A stretch of DNA of 64,000 nt from a virus: the IMG/VR virus record IMGVR_UViG_3300044630_005137, positions 32,001 to 96,000 of that record; one strand, 5' to 3'. The notes under the pieces were generated by a model. It ran no database searches. It saw only the letters and a program-made list of their open reading frames with translations, and was not told the origin of the DNA. Below are positions 9,650 to 20,369 of the stretch, piece after piece (position 1 is the stretch's first letter; each line of letters starts with the position of its first letter). A program made the position numbers and the translations under genes.

Positions 9650-10446
9650 AGTGTAAATAGCTTCCCATCAACAACACATGAGTAATCTGGAGCCACATGT
9701 ATCATCTGAATATGTGGATAATCATTTACAATATGTGCAATAGCAAAACCTTTTTGCCAATCGTGGTGCTGCATATATTTCATTCCTGGACCTTTTTCAT
9801 CACACATGTGGCCAAGCTCATAACCACGAAGAGTTTCTCCTTCTCCGCCATTTCTTAGTTCGTATGTTACAAGGTGGGAGGCAATTCTGTGCGAGTGTCC
9901 TCTAATTAAAGATACCTGCAGGTCTTCCATGTCTTTACGAACAGATCCAGTTGCTGCAATTGAAAGTCCATGGTGAACATGTATATCTCCAAAGCGGCGC
10001 TTAGGTAATTCATTATAATGAATATACTCGTAACCCAATGAGTCTAAGCCCCACAATGCTTCTGGAGTAACTTCATTAATATAATCAGGAAGCTTTGCGT
10101 CTACATAATTAAAAATTCTAACATCATGGTTGCCTAAAGCAGAAAATAATTGTGCTTCTGGTAGCATCTCTCGTGTTTTTGTGTAAAAATCTCTAGCGCC
10201 TTTTGCTTCATGACGCATCATTGGAACAATCAGGTCTCTACTATCAGTCTTGTGAAGGTTTAAAAACTCTGCTGATCTTCCTTCTGTGTACTTGCTATAA
10301 CATGCTTGGTCATCTGTATCTCCAAGATAATCTACAACATCTGGTTTAAACCACTTCATGACTTTGAACCAAAGTGCTATCATCTTATCATCCTGATATG
10401 GAAATTGTTGGTCGGATGAAATCATCCACTTTAAATCGTTAGTCAT
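9646..10446 (-). CDS. Calcineurin-like metallophosphoesterase
   Basis: SDQQ, LGD, GNHD, HHG and GHSH motifs. Confidence 0.85.
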   Translation of the reverse strand: MTNDLKWMISSDQQFPYQDDKMIALWFKVMKWFKPDVVDYLGDTDDQACYSKYTEGRSAEFLNLHKTDSRDLIVPMMRHEAKGARDFYTKTREMLPEAQLFSALGNHDVRIFNYVDAKLPDYINEVTPEALWGLDSLGYEYIHYNELPKRRFGDIHVHHGLSIAATGSVRKDMEDLQVSLIRGHSHRIASHLVTYELRNGGEGETLRGYELGHMCDEKGPGMKYMQHHDWQKGFAIAHIVNDYPHIQMIHVAPDYSCVVDGKLFTL

Positions 10447-10465
10447 TAAAACCCTTAATATATAT

Positions 10466-10491
10466 ATTAAGCCACGATATCGTGGCTTAAT
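10466..10491. promoter_or_regulatory. Perfect 26-bp palindrome (operator or RNA hairpin) in the replication-operon leader
   Basis: ATTAAGCCACGATATCGTGGCTTAAT equals its own reverse complement; lies between the promoter at 10501-10528 and the ATG at 10446. Confidence 0.7.
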
Positions 10492-10500
10492 GTTATAGTA

Positions 10501-10528
10501 ATTGTAACATATTGGTGCAGTGTGTCAA
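10501..10528 (-). promoter_or_regulatory. Sigma70/SigA-type promoter for the replication module
   Basis: Minus strand TTGACA-16 nt-TACAAT with an extended -10 TG (TGTTACAAT). Confidence 0.75.
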
Positions 10529-10536
10529 TAGCAATT

Positions 10537-10974
10537 CTATGAAGATGAATCTGAAACAGGCTTTCTACCAGCGCTTAGCCAATGAAATTCAACTTTTCCA
10601 GCTATACCTGTACTAGAATAAACATGCAGCGTTGTAGTTCCACCTGAAGTTCCAGTACCAGTAATAGAATACCTAAGATCATTTTTTGATGGGTCCTGAA
10701 ATCTTGGTGTTGCAACTACAAATACTGCTTCGTATTCTGGCTCCCACGCAAGTGGTATGTTTCTTGAGTTTGATTTACCCTTACCTATGCCATTGTCAAA
10801 GCTAACAAAGCCCGCTCTTAAGTGCATCACGGCAAGTTTTGAAACATCGCCTGCGGTAGCCTTACTCAAGTCATAAGACTCATCAGATCTCATCTTGATG
10901 GCATCTATCTGATTTTGTAGGTTCTCTAATTTTTTTGGATCTACTGGCTCTCCGTCTGCAAACGTTTCACCCAT
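10537..10974 (-). CDS. Putative virion/tail-tip accessory protein
   Basis: Start moved to ATG 10974 (MGETFADGEPVDPKKL), which follows GGGGGA; beta-rich C-terminal domain. Confidence 0.55.
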   Translation of the reverse strand: MGETFADGEPVDPKKLENLQNQIDAIKMRSDESYDLSKATAGDVSKLAVMHLRAGFVSFDNGIGKGKSNSRNIPLAWEPEYEAVFVVATPRFQDPSKNDLRYSITGTGTSGGTTTLHVYSSTGIAGKVEFHWLSAGRKPVSDSSS

Positions 10975-10975
10975 A

Positions 10976-11164
10976 TTATGAATCCCCCATCTTTGCTGCA
11001 ATTTCTTCTGAATAAGAATCTAAAGCTTTTTGCTTATCATCTGATTGATTAGATAGAACTGTTAGCTCTGCTCTTAGCATTGCAATTTGTAACTCATAAT
11101 TAGCAGCAAGCTGGCCAATTCTTTCTTGCATAGCAGATATTACTAGCTGAGATTTTTCTTCCAT
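10976..11164 (-). CDS. Small coiled-coil protein
   Basis: 62 aa heptad-rich ORF. Confidence 0.6.
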   Translation of the reverse strand: MEEKSQLVISAMQERIGQLAANYELQIAMLRAELTVLSNQSDDKQKALDSYSEEIAAKMGDS

Positions 11165-11173
11165 TTGTTTACC

Positions 11174-11392
11174 TTATTCTGCGATTAATGTTAATTCTGC
11201 GGCGAGAACAACTAGCTTTGCATTTATATCTGCAAGCTGTGTATTTAGATCAGCAATTGTTGTTGTGTTTGGTGTGGACACAGCATTTTCAACCTTCAAA
11301 GATACCTGAACATTATACTTTGCATATTCTAGTGATCTTGAATGCTGATTTATTACTGCTTCTTTTTCTTCATTTGTTAATTCATATGTCAT
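11174..11392 (-). CDS. Small coiled-coil protein
   Basis: 72 aa; strong RBS AAAGGAGG; extended -10 element upstream. Confidence 0.7.
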   Translation of the reverse strand: MTYELTNEEKEAVINQHSRSLEYAKYNVQVSLKVENAVSTPNTTTIADLNTQLADINAKLVVLAAELTLIAE

Positions 11393-11409
11393 TTTGTGCC
11401 TCCTTTCAT

Positions 11410-11418
11410 ATTATACCA
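11410..11418 (-). promoter_or_regulatory. Extended -10 promoter TGGTATAAT
   Basis: One of 11 intergenic TGnTAnAAT copies I found upstream of minus-strand genes. Confidence 0.65.
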
Positions 11419-11473
11419 TTATCATATACCATTTAGCAATATGATCAAAATTTAATTACAGATTAACTATTTA

Positions 11474-14400
11474 TTAAGATGGCCCTATTGCAGATGTGAA
11501 AGCCCCATTAGACCAGCCGCTAACCCCAGCAGAATTCCTTGCTCTAATAAACCAATAATATTGATTAGATATTGGAGCAGTAAATACTTCTGATGTGATA
11601 AGAGGCTGTCCAGGTTGTGGATAATCTATAGTCGCTGAGCTTGAAGGTTTTGTTGCACTTGTTCCCCAATACAACTCATAGCTAGTTGCTCCAGATACTG
11701 CATTCCAGGAAAGCTGTGTATTAGAACCAGATAGGTAAGCTGTTAAACCTGTTGGAACTGCTGGTGTTGTAGACGGGAAGTGTGGTGGGAAGAACGGTGG
11801 GAAGTGTGGTGGGAAGAACGGTGGGAAGAACGGTGGGAAGTGTGGTGGGAAGAACGGTGGGAAGTGTGGTGGGAAGAACGGTGGGAAGAACGGTGGGAAG
11901 TGTGGTGGGAAGAACGGTGGGAAGTGTGGTGGGAAGAACGGTGGGAAGAACGGTGGGAAGTGTGGTGGGAAGAACGGTGGTGTATTTGCAGCTGTTGCAG
12001 TAATAGTATTTGTTGAAGAAACATAAGAAGATGTACCAGAAGAGTTAGTTGCTCTGGCAAAAGATCTGAATATATTTTCTGGCGAAATTGCATCATTTGA
12101 TGTAATTGTATAAGAAGCAGATGTTGTTCCAGTTGCAACAACTGTACTTAAATCTGTTGGTATAGTAGGATAAAGCGCAGTTGTAATAATTGTTTCATAC
12201 GAAGTTGGCGTTGGAGACCATCCAGAAGTTGCTGCGGATATAATACTTCCAACGGTTGATGTTCCAGTTAAAGTAACCGATCCTCCAGAAGGTATTGCCA
12301 CTGTTGGATTTTGAACTGTAAACGTTGCAGTTGCTGTTCCGTTAGGAGAAATTCCATTTGATGCTGTTACAAAAAGTCTCCAGGAAAGTGCTGTGGTCCC
12401 TTGAGCTACAGTTGGAGAAAATGTAGATCCTGTCGCAACTTCTTGCCAAGACCCATTGCTTAAAAATCTCTGCCAAGAATATGCATAAGTTATAGTTTGA
12501 GATCCACTCCATCCTGAAGTTGATGCAGTAAATGTTGTGGATCCGTATGTTCCGCTAGCTGGGCTAACCGATGCTGAGCCTCCAGTTGGTGCAAGTGCTG
12601 GGGGTACGTATGGCGTAGAGGTAATAATATTTGAAGAATATGTTGGTGAGGTTCCACCTGAATTTGAAGCATATGCAAATGCAATAAACCGATCTGGAGT
12701 ACCAGAAGCTTCAGAGTCTGTAATTGTATGTGAAACTTGAGTAGATGCAGACGAAGTGACTAGTGTGCTTGACTGTGTTGGGTTTGCACCAGTTGCCTTT
12801 CTTATTTCAATGTAAGATGAGGTTGGAGAATTTGTAAATGAAGAAGTTGCAGTTATTTGAGTACGTGCTTGAACTGTACCAGATGGAGAAATAGATACAG
12901 AACCTACTGGTGCAGATACTGGAGCAGAAACGGTTACGTCATTTGAATTAGCTGGTGTTGATCCCCCACCATTAATTGCTGTAACAACGCATCTTAATGT
13001 GTTTCCGTACAAGGAAACAAAATTTGCAGGTGGAGTATACGTACTTTGATTATTTGTGCCAGGTGCAGCTGGGTATATAACGCTTGTCTCCCTGTATCTC
13101 CATGAATACGTGTATCCAGTTGGGCTTCCACTCCATGAACCATTTGTCGTTGAGTATTGAGTAGAACCTGCAGTACCAGAACTAGGGGTTACCTCTGGTG
13201 CAGAAATAAGTGATGGTGCATTTACAAGACCAACAGTAATAGTATTTGAATCAACCGTTCCTTGATCATTTGATGCTCTTATAAAAACAGTATAGTCGTA
13301 TCCAGCTGTTAATCCAGTAATTGTTGAAGGAGATGTTGTAACCTGTTTAGATGTAGGTCCTAAGATTGATGATGTTCTTAGGTAGTATATAACATCACTG
13401 CCTCCAGTATTTTTTGTTCCTCCGTATATAATACTTGGAGTAAAAGTTGTTGCAATAGATGTTGAAGATGATTTTGTTGCAGTCAAAAGGCTAGGTGCTT
13501 CTGCTTTTGTGTTTATGTACGCTCCTGGTGCTGGTGAAACTTCACTAACAGAATATCCCTGTGCATTGTGTGCAAAAACTTTTGCCCTAATTGTATATGA
13601 ATCTGGAAATGGGCCAGCCGTCATTGATGTTGCTGCCCAAGTATCTGATAGAGTGTACCATGTACTTAAATCATAATCATAAGCATACTGAACCCTATAG
13701 TAATCTATCGCAGATCCTCCATTGTTTAATGGAGCTTCCCAGGATATAGATATCTGACCTTCACCATAACTTCTGAAAGCAACGTTTTGTATTGAAACAT
13801 TTCTTGCTGGCCCAGGAGCAGTTAATATAACTTGTGTAGTTACTGATCCAGTTATTGAATCTCCAGGAGAAGATGAATTAAATGGTGTGATTCTATAGTA
13901 ATATGTTGTATTACTAGGAAATGGTCCTACTGGTGTAAATGTTCTAGAAGATGTAAGTGTTGCAATTGTTCCATAATTTATAGTTGATCCATATTCAATT
14001 TCAACCGATGTTGTGTTTGCTCCAAATACGACCCCAATAGACCAGCTTGATGTAGTTGAAGATGTTGTTATTGTTGGATCAGAAGGTTTATATTTAAGCA
14101 CAGGAACAGATGTTGATGTATAAACTCCAGCGCTTGTTGCATAAATATTTCTTGCATAAACGATACCAGATAAGGTGTTTGATGTCTCGGTTAAAAAAGT
14201 GTAATCCCAATAGCTATTAGATATCCACCCACTGTTAACATAGCTATTCGCACCTTGATTATTTACTTCATATTGAAAATAATATTCAGTTGGTAAATTC
14301 GTAAATGATGGAGCTGTAATTCTATATGTAGATCCAGGACGCCCTGCAGGCCCCGCCTGTAAAGATAGTACTGCAGATACAGGAGTTGCTACTGGCGTTC

Positions 14401-15943
14401 TATCTGTTATGTCTAAAATAAATCCATCTGAATATTCATCTCCTTCGTTATTGGTAGCTTTTATTTTTAGCTCATAAGATTTATTTGCCGTAAGTCCCGT
14501 AATTGTAGTTGGAGATGTTGTAATCAGTTTATTAAATTGGCCTGTGTCTGATGTGGCGTAAAGACGGTAGGTTGTTACAGACCCGCCATCTCCCTTATTG
14601 CCACCATAGTCCCACAGTGGGTCAAAGTATACAGAGATTGAGGTATTAGAAGCTTTTGTTGCATTAAGAATTACTGGTTTTTCCGCTTTAGTAGATGTAA
14701 GAATTTCGTTTGAAGTTACGCTTGTTAGGGTATAGCCAGCTGAGTTATGAGACCAAATCTTATGAGTAACAAAATACCCTCCATAATTTGCTGCATATGG
14801 GGAGCTAGTAATACTTGTATTTGGCCATGTATCAGACAAAGTGTTCCATGTTACTCCGCCATAATTTCCAGAAGAATTAACGTAAGCATACTGAACTCTA
14901 TAGTAATCAACTGCTTGAGGGTCTAAAAGTGGAGGGCTCCATGTTACAGTAATCTCTGCATTATTATAAGGTCTTCCCGAAGTTTGTGTTGCTACAACAT
15001 TTCTTACTGGTCCTGGCAAAGAAACTCCTGTTGTAAAATCTACTCTCATAAAATCTTGTGTAGGATTGGCTGTTGATGACCAACCATCTTGACATATAAC
15101 TGTAATTTCTGCAGTATACGTTACTCCAGTTTCTAAAAGAGTTGGTTCGTTTATAGTTATAGTTTGCTGATTAATTAACACATCATCGTCATATATAAGC
15201 TCATCAGTTTCATAATCATAAATTCTAATTGTTTGTTTAAATAAATCTTCAACTGGTGAATCTACAACATTTCCATCTAATGTCCAAGAAAACTTAGCTC
15301 CATATGAAGTCTCATTACTTACAGTAAATGTATTTATTATTGGGCCATGCGTCATTCTTGGCATTATTGCTTCTGTTATATATGTACCTTCAAGATTTTG
15401 TGCATTTGTTGCAACATGCTTAGTTCTATATGAGTATCCTTGCCTAACTCTTGATTTTGGTATAGTATATCTATTAGAGGCAAGTGGTGGGAATTGATCT
15501 AAACCATCTGAGGATAAGTATTCATCATAATTTTTTATGTGTGTCTGTATCGCAGACCATGATCCGCCTGGAGGCTTTTCTTGTATTTGAATATTAAAGT
15601 TAATTGGCTCTTCCGCCCAGTATCCACGAGTTGTATACAGCTTAGTATTTGGCTGGAGCATAGGGTTGTCTGGGTCTGTATTAACTGCAACAAGGTACGG
15701 GTATGGAACTAATGGTGCTGGTACAGATAAGGAAGTAAATATTAAATCCCATAGTCCTGCGCCAGCATACCTCCAAGCAGTTTTTATTCTTAGCCAACCA
15801 TCTACAATCCATGGATTTGAGCTCGATGCAGAAGATATGGTATCCGAAATAGAAGCCTTTCTCCATATGCTTTGAATTTTGATCCAGCCATTAATATTAT
15901 GAGAACCGTTATCTACTGCACTTGCTTTTCTCCACCAAGACAT
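11474..15943 (-). CDS. Large tail-tip/fibre protein with multiple Fn3/Ig-like domains and a PP(F/H)F repeat linker
   Basis: Fn3 signatures (PGPVRNV...W.PP...DYYRVQY...HNSAG; duplicated unit; TGLTA..Y...A.N..G); 17 tetrapeptide repeats before the last Fn3; last large gene of the tail-tip block. Confidence 0.8.
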   Translation of the reverse strand: MSWWRKASAVDNGSHNINGWIKIQSIWRKASISDTISSASSSNPWIVDGWLRIKTAWRYAGAGLWDLIFTSLSVPAPLVPYPYLVAVNTDPDNPMLQPNTKLYTTRGYWAEEPINFNIQIQEKPPGGSWSAIQTHIKNYDEYLSSDGLDQFPPLASNRYTIPKSRVRQGYSYRTKHVATNAQNLEGTYITEAIMPRMTHGPIINTFTVSNETSYGAKFSWTLDGNVVDSPVEDLFKQTIRIYDYETDELIYDDDVLINQQTITINEPTLLETGVTYTAEITVICQDGWSSTANPTQDFMRVDFTTGVSLPGPVRNVVATQTSGRPYNNAEITVTWSPPLLDPQAVDYYRVQYAYVNSSGNYGGVTWNTLSDTWPNTSITSSPYAANYGGYFVTHKIWSHNSAGYTLTSVTSNEILTSTKAEKPVILNATKASNTSISVYFDPLWDYGGNKGDGGSVTTYRLYATSDTGQFNKLITTSPTTITGLTANKSYELKIKATNNEGDEYSDGFILDITDRTPVATPVSAVLSLQAGPAGRPGSTYRITAPSFTNLPTEYYFQYEVNNQGANSYVNSGWISNSYWDYTFLTETSNTLSGIVYARNIYATSAGVYTSTSVPVLKYKPSDPTITTSSTTSSWSIGVVFGANTTSVEIEYGSTINYGTIATLTSSRTFTPVGPFPSNTTYYYRITPFNSSSPGDSITGSVTTQVILTAPGPARNVSIQNVAFRSYGEGQISISWEAPLNNGGSAIDYYRVQYAYDYDLSTWYTLSDTWAATSMTAGPFPDSYTIRAKVFAHNAQGYSVSEVSPAPGAYINTKAEAPSLLTATKSSSTSIATTFTPSIIYGGTKNTGGSDVIYYLRTSSILGPTSKQVTTSPSTITGLTAGYDYTVFIRASNDQGTVDSNTITVGLVNAPSLISAPEVTPSSGTAGSTQYSTTNGSWSGSPTGYTYSWRYRETSVIYPAAPGTNNQSTYTPPANFVSLYGNTLRCVVTAINGGGSTPANSNDVTVSAPVSAPVGSVSISPSGTVQARTQITATSSFTNSPTSSYIEIRKATGANPTQSSTLVTSSASTQVSHTITDSEASGTPDRFIAFAYASNSGGTSPTYSSNIITSTPYVPPALAPTGGSASVSPASGTYGSTTFTASTSGWSGSQTITYAYSWQRFLSNGSWQEVATGSTFSPTVAQGTTALSWRLFVTASNGISPNGTATATFTVQNPTVAIPSGGSVTLTGTSTVGSIISAATSGWSPTPTSYETIITTALYPTIPTDLSTVVATGTTSASYTITSNDAISPENIFRSFARATNSSGTSSYVSSTNTITATAANTPPFFPPHFPPFFPPFFPPHFPPFFPPHFPPFFPPFFPPHFPPFFPPHFPPFFPPFFPPHFPPFFPPHFPSTTPAVPTGLTAYLSGSNTQLSWNAVSGATSYELYWGTSATKPSSSATIDYPQPGQPLITSEVFTAPISNQYYWFIRARNSAGVSGWSNGAFTSAIGPS
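11777..11980 (-). repeat. 12-bp coding tandem repeat, 17 x PP(F/H)F, with 60-bp higher-order period
   Basis: Units CCACCGTTCTTC (PPFF) and CCACCACACTTC (PPHF) in the order (F H F F H)x3 + F H. Confidence 0.97.
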
Positions 15944-18900
15944 TAAGCTTTCCTACTTAATACTATGTCTCCAACAGAAAACGCTTTAGTTCCTTGCTCT
16001 TTTCCAGGGAATGAAGGAATATCGCCTCTAGTTAGTGCGTTTCCAGGATAATTATTTCCAGCATAAAAGAATGCTCTGCCAACTGTCAATGTTCCGTCCG
16101 CAGCCTGTACTATTGTTGGATCTCCAGCAGTTCCATCTCCATTATCTTGGACATTCATCTTAATTCTAAATTTAGATATAGCTTCGGCACCTGGATTAAA
16201 TGTTAATGTAGATCCATCATAAGTAATCATTCCTCCTGCTAGTCTAAAAGACCCCGCTGGTTTTGTTATTCCGTTTACAGATGGCAACATTTTGCTTGCA
16301 CCTAATATAAAATCATTTGAAAAACTTTCTCCTGTTCCTAAAAATATATTAGATGCAACTAAATCTGTTTGAACATTAAAGGTTCCATTTGGATTTTGTG
16401 TAGTAGGTGTTGCATAAGTTATTTTTCCTCCTGCTAATCTAAATGCTCCAGTAGAAGATATGTAATCAACGCCTCCTGGGTTTCCGCTTCCTTCACCAGG
16501 GTAAGTTGTGTTCCAAACTGCAGGGTCCATAAAATAATGATTTGATCCAACTATGTTTCCACCAATAATAGATCCCTGGAGGCCATCAAGTTTTACTTTT
16601 GGAGTAGCATTTGGATTTTCATCAGAGTCCATAAAAGACTGTATGGATGGTCCATTTATCTTCCATCCGCTAGTTATCTTTTTGCTTGTTGTATTATATA
16701 ATCCAAAATACCCAGCGCGGGCTTGGATTACTCCATATATTGTTGCTTCCTTTGCAATTAAAGAACCACCATATGTTACTGAGAAATTAGGACCAGGTGT
16801 TCCTGTTCTACTTCCGCCTGCCCAAATAGCAATATCTGATAAAGTTGTTGTATTATAAAAGCCAATATCTTCTCCATTATTAATTGAATTAGCATCAATA
16901 GTCCATCCGCCGATGCTTCCCTTCTTGGCTATAATTCCGTTAATAGGATCTAGTTGTGCGTAAACACCATTTGTTGTATTTGTTACTTGGATACCAGCCC
17001 CAACTGTGGCTCCAAGGCTTTGTGAAGATAATGTTCCTACCTCTATCTTTCCACCTGTTGTACCAGGAACGGTAACTCTTAACTGACCAGCCACTAGAGT
17101 ATCCTGTCCATTAACTTTAATGGTTCCACCAATATCCATTGATCCCAAAATACCAGATGAAGCTTTTATTGTTCCACTAAGCTCTGCATCTATAGCTTTG
17201 ACTAGTCCGTTTGTATTAACTTCAAAATTAGATCCAACTTTTATAGTTCCGCCTAAAACATTTATATTTCTTGCTATAACAGATCCATCTGGCTTTACAG
17301 AAAATTTTGCATCTTGATTAGCATTAACAGAATATCCTCCAGGTACTCCTGCGCCCGCCCAAAAAGAATAAGTACCACTAGGAGATAAACCAGTAAATGT
17401 TCCAGCGACTGCTCCAACGTTTGCTATAGCGTTACCAGTATTTTCAATTTTACTAGTAGATATAATCCAATCTGCTATCTTAGCTTTTTGTGTAATAAAT
17501 GTAGCAGGCGTTAGGTTTGGATATGCAGGATCATACTTTCCAATAATTTGGGTTGTTGGATTTGTTCCATTTAAATCGTTATCGTCATACAAGAATAAAC
17601 CACGTTTGTTTATTAACATTCTTGCTCCAGATAAAACTGGATCATCATTTTCATCTAGCGTTCCCGCAAATATAGAACCCTCTGTTTTTATCTTGATTGG
17701 ATTTTCAATTAAAGAAAGTGCTCCTACATCAATTGGGGTTACTGCATGTGCGATAGATAGTGCTGATATACCTTCTTCGCAATTCCATAGTCCCTTTACC
17801 CAAACTTCAGTACCAGCATTTAGGTCATCATAAATTGCTACGGGGCTTGAATTTGAAGAGCCAACTTGTGAATATGTACCATTTTCAGATGAGCTTTGAT
17901 AGATTATAATTCCAGTAGCAGCTGCATTAAAATTTGAAGAAACAGTATATCCATTAGCTGCTGGAGTAACAGATATTGTTGTAATAATTCCAGTAAGTGG
18001 GTTTGGTTTTACTTGAGTTGCTATATTAGATATGGCAACCTGTGTTGTATTTTCATTTCTATATATATCTAAATCAGTTACGTAGCCGCCTGAAAAAGAG
18101 CTTGGGCTTTCTCCGAAAGATTCAATAAGTTTAGCTCTGGTAATTTTAACTGAGGTAGAAGCAGAAGCTGCTGCAGAAACTGGATACTCAAAGGATCTGG
18201 TTTTTGTTCCAGATGTTAGGTGCACCTTTACATATGATGGAAGATTAATTGCTGGCATAGTAAATGAAACATCTAGGTCTCTTACGTTCCATGCTGCTAA
18301 TGGATTTATAACTGGGTCTGGTGGAATGTCATCAAAAACTATCTGGTCGTAGGCTTTTGCCTCAACAATAGCCGAGTCAACAGACTGGCAACCAGAATCC
18401 GACAAATGATTTAATTTAACATATACAGTATTCAATGTGTATAAAGTTATAGATGCTGGTCCAAAGCCTGTGTATCTACGAACCCAATTATATGGAGATG
18501 CTGTTTCTGAAACATAAACTCTAGTTTCTCTATATGTTCCAAGCTTGGTTGCTGGGTCTTGCCATGAAACAATTATTCCGCTATCAGCGCTTATAACAGT
18601 TGGTGTAGCTGTTGCAGATACACATACTGGATCAGTATAAACTGGTATAACAAATGGGCAATCATCAGATGAACCGTCTCCATATATACTTGTTATCTTT
18701 CCAGTTATTGTTGTTTGAAATACTCCGCCAAAGTTAGCCATGTTATTTGCTTGGCTAAGCGTATAACTATATTCATTAACGCCAGATTTTGCAGCGAAAG
18801 GAATAAAGATTGGCTCTTCACCAGCTGCCGTTAAGGTAAGTTGAAAAAGTTTTATCCTGTTGTCACGAGTTACATTGTCTGCTAAAAATGGTTTCTCCCA

Positions 18901-19149
18901 GGAAACCTTTAAGTCTGCAGTTGCATCATTCCATACTGCAACAACATTGATTGGGCATGTTCTTCTTGGTCCAGGAGTTCTAAAGTTAAACCTATCAGAA
19001 AATTCGCTTGTTCCAGAAGACTTGTCACTAAATATCCATGCTATTTGAAGGGCGTAGTCAGTACTACAATCTAAGTCTGGGATTACAACATCCCAGTAAT
19101 CTCCATCTTGCTTTTGAGTTATTCCTAGATCTTCATATTGTTCTGACAT
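15943..19149 (-). CDS. Minor tail protein (central fibre/host-specificity-like)
   Basis: Ig/Fn3-like N-terminal half and beta-helix-like G.IGGW.I / FSV..DGS..A repeats typical of siphovirus tail-tip proteins. Confidence 0.7.
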   Translation of the reverse strand: MSEQYEDLGITQKQDGDYWDVVIPDLDCSTDYALQIAWIFSDKSSGTSEFSDRFNFRTPGPRRTCPINVVAVWNDATADLKVSWEKPFLADNVTRDNRIKLFQLTLTAAGEEPIFIPFAAKSGVNEYSYTLSQANNMANFGGVFQTTITGKITSIYGDGSSDDCPFVIPVYTDPVCVSATATPTVISADSGIIVSWQDPATKLGTYRETRVYVSETASPYNWVRRYTGFGPASITLYTLNTVYVKLNHLSDSGCQSVDSAIVEAKAYDQIVFDDIPPDPVINPLAAWNVRDLDVSFTMPAINLPSYVKVHLTSGTKTRSFEYPVSAAASASTSVKITRAKLIESFGESPSSFSGGYVTDLDIYRNENTTQVAISNIATQVKPNPLTGIITTISVTPAANGYTVSSNFNAAATGIIIYQSSSENGTYSQVGSSNSSPVAIYDDLNAGTEVWVKGLWNCEEGISALSIAHAVTPIDVGALSLIENPIKIKTEGSIFAGTLDENDDPVLSGARMLINKRGLFLYDDNDLNGTNPTTQIIGKYDPAYPNLTPATFITQKAKIADWIISTSKIENTGNAIANVGAVAGTFTGLSPSGTYSFWAGAGVPGGYSVNANQDAKFSVKPDGSVIARNINVLGGTIKVGSNFEVNTNGLVKAIDAELSGTIKASSGILGSMDIGGTIKVNGQDTLVAGQLRVTVPGTTGGKIEVGTLSSQSLGATVGAGIQVTNTTNGVYAQLDPINGIIAKKGSIGGWTIDANSINNGEDIGFYNTTTLSDIAIWAGGSRTGTPGPNFSVTYGGSLIAKEATIYGVIQARAGYFGLYNTTSKKITSGWKINGPSIQSFMDSDENPNATPKVKLDGLQGSIIGGNIVGSNHYFMDPAVWNTTYPGEGSGNPGGVDYISSTGAFRLAGGKITYATPTTQNPNGTFNVQTDLVASNIFLGTGESFSNDFILGASKMLPSVNGITKPAGSFRLAGGMITYDGSTLTFNPGAEAISKFRIKMNVQDNGDGTAGDPTIVQAADGTLTVGRAFFYAGNNYPGNALTRGDIPSFPGKEQGTKAFSVGDIVLSRKA

Positions 19150-19150
19150 A

Positions 19151-20011
19151 CTAAACTCCGAACGATAGGTCTAGTTTAAATTCTATTGATGCTTCTCTTC
19201 CAATTACTTTGATCATGGTTGAATCTAAAATAGATCTAGCAATTAATCCGTATGCTGGATCAAAGGTGTCCTCATCATTGATTCTAAGACCATCCATTGA
19301 TACAGATGTTTGAGCAGTTGTTGGTGTAACAACAATACCTAGCTTAACAACACTTTGTGGATTAAATGTTCCTGTTGATACTCCAGTAGACATATTTAAA
19401 TTCTTTATATTATATCCAAGTGAATGTCCAGTAAATGTGAATTGCAAGTAATCCGTATCTGAGCTATACAACTTAACCTTTAATGATGAAAGATTTGCAT
19501 CGTTTACCTTATAAGAAAATGATAATGTATCTGATGGATTGTATCCAGATACATCCATTGTTCCAAGATCATATGTGTATTCTTTTGGCAACGCCGCATT
19601 TGATGTAAATATTAATGAGCTATCTCCAACTCTATAATCAGTTTGATCTAATGCTGGCTCTGGGCTCCATTTGTATGGCAATTCAAAATCAGACAAGAAC
19701 TTGCTATCATATAAATTTCTTGTATAAGATTGCCCAGAGTATATTCCAATCTCATTAATTTTGCCTGCAATGTTTGTAGGAAGTGTAGCTGAATATATGA
19801 CTGTATACTTTACTGGTGATACAGATGTGTCTATATCTATTCCGCCTTGTCTAATTGGAACTCTATAAAATTCAAATCCTAATCTTGAGTTTGTATCAGA
19901 TAAAGCATACTCGGCATTTGTTGAAATTCCTAATGCCATCTCTTTTGAACTAAAAGAGGAATTGCCAGCAACAAAGTTGGTTAAGAATCTTTTTCCAAAC
20001 TTAGTTATCAT
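19151..20011 (-). CDS. Tail/baseplate structural protein
   Basis: N-terminal MITKFGKRFL...ALG...L.FEFYRVP...INEIGIY resembles tail-collar/baseplate N-domains. Confidence 0.55.
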   Translation of the reverse strand: MITKFGKRFLTNFVAGNSSFSSKEMALGISTNAEYALSDTNSRLGFEFYRVPIRQGGIDIDTSVSPVKYTVIYSATLPTNIAGKINEIGIYSGQSYTRNLYDSKFLSDFELPYKWSPEPALDQTDYRVGDSSLIFTSNAALPKEYTYDLGTMDVSGYNPSDTLSFSYKVNDANLSSLKVKLYSSDTDYLQFTFTGHSLGYNIKNLNMSTGVSTGTFNPQSVVKLGIVVTPTTAQTSVSMDGLRINDEDTFDPAYGLIARSILDSTMIKVIGREASIEFKLDLSFGV

Positions 20012-20346
20012 TCTGTTCCCCCTTGAGCATCTGCTATTGTTATTGCATAAAGGAAGCCATCTATTGCTTCTTCACTTGAATTATAAATTCTAAACTTTGC
20101 TTTTGCTCTTTGCATTCCAGATGAATCTTCATACAACTCAAAACCTTTTAGAACTATGTCCGAAAGCTGTGGCCTTTTGCCTTCCTTTGGGTCTGGATCT
20201 CCACCGTTGTCGCCCTCTGAATTTCCAGTTGAAAATGGAAATGGCCTGGAAAGTGTTCTTGTTTCTCCGACCTTACCCTTCCATACTGTAGCAAGGCGTG
20301 GGTCATCGTCAAATATGACCGCAATTTTTCCTACTTCAATTCCCAT
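20008..20346 (-). CDS. Hypothetical virion-module protein (likely leaderless mRNA)
   Basis: 112 aa; TGGTATAAT ends 6 nt upstream of the ATG; no RBS. Confidence 0.6.
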   Translation of the reverse strand: MGIEVGKIAVIFDDDPRLATVWKGKVGETRTLSRPFPFSTGNSEGDNGGDPDPKEGKRPQLSDIVLKGFELYEDSSGMQRAKAKFRIYNSSEEAIDGFLYAITIADAQGGTE

Positions 20347-20352
20347 TTATTT

Positions 20353-20361
20353 ATTATACCA
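20353..20361 (-). promoter_or_regulatory. Extended -10 promoter TGGTATAAT
   Basis: Motif copy 6 nt upstream of ATG 20346. Confidence 0.65.
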
Positions 20362-20369
20362 TTACGTTA

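Noticed and set aside
11777-11980. CRISPR array or DGR template/variable repeat interpretation of the two repeat loci
   Set aside because: There are no unique spacers, no cas genes, no reverse transcriptase in the window and no adenine-specific mismatch pattern.
11743-12141. Alternative-frame ORFs (SHRS/HHT, WEER, VGRT repeats)
   Set aside because: Same repeat artefact. Only the PP(F/H)F frame is continuous with a long domain-bearing gene.
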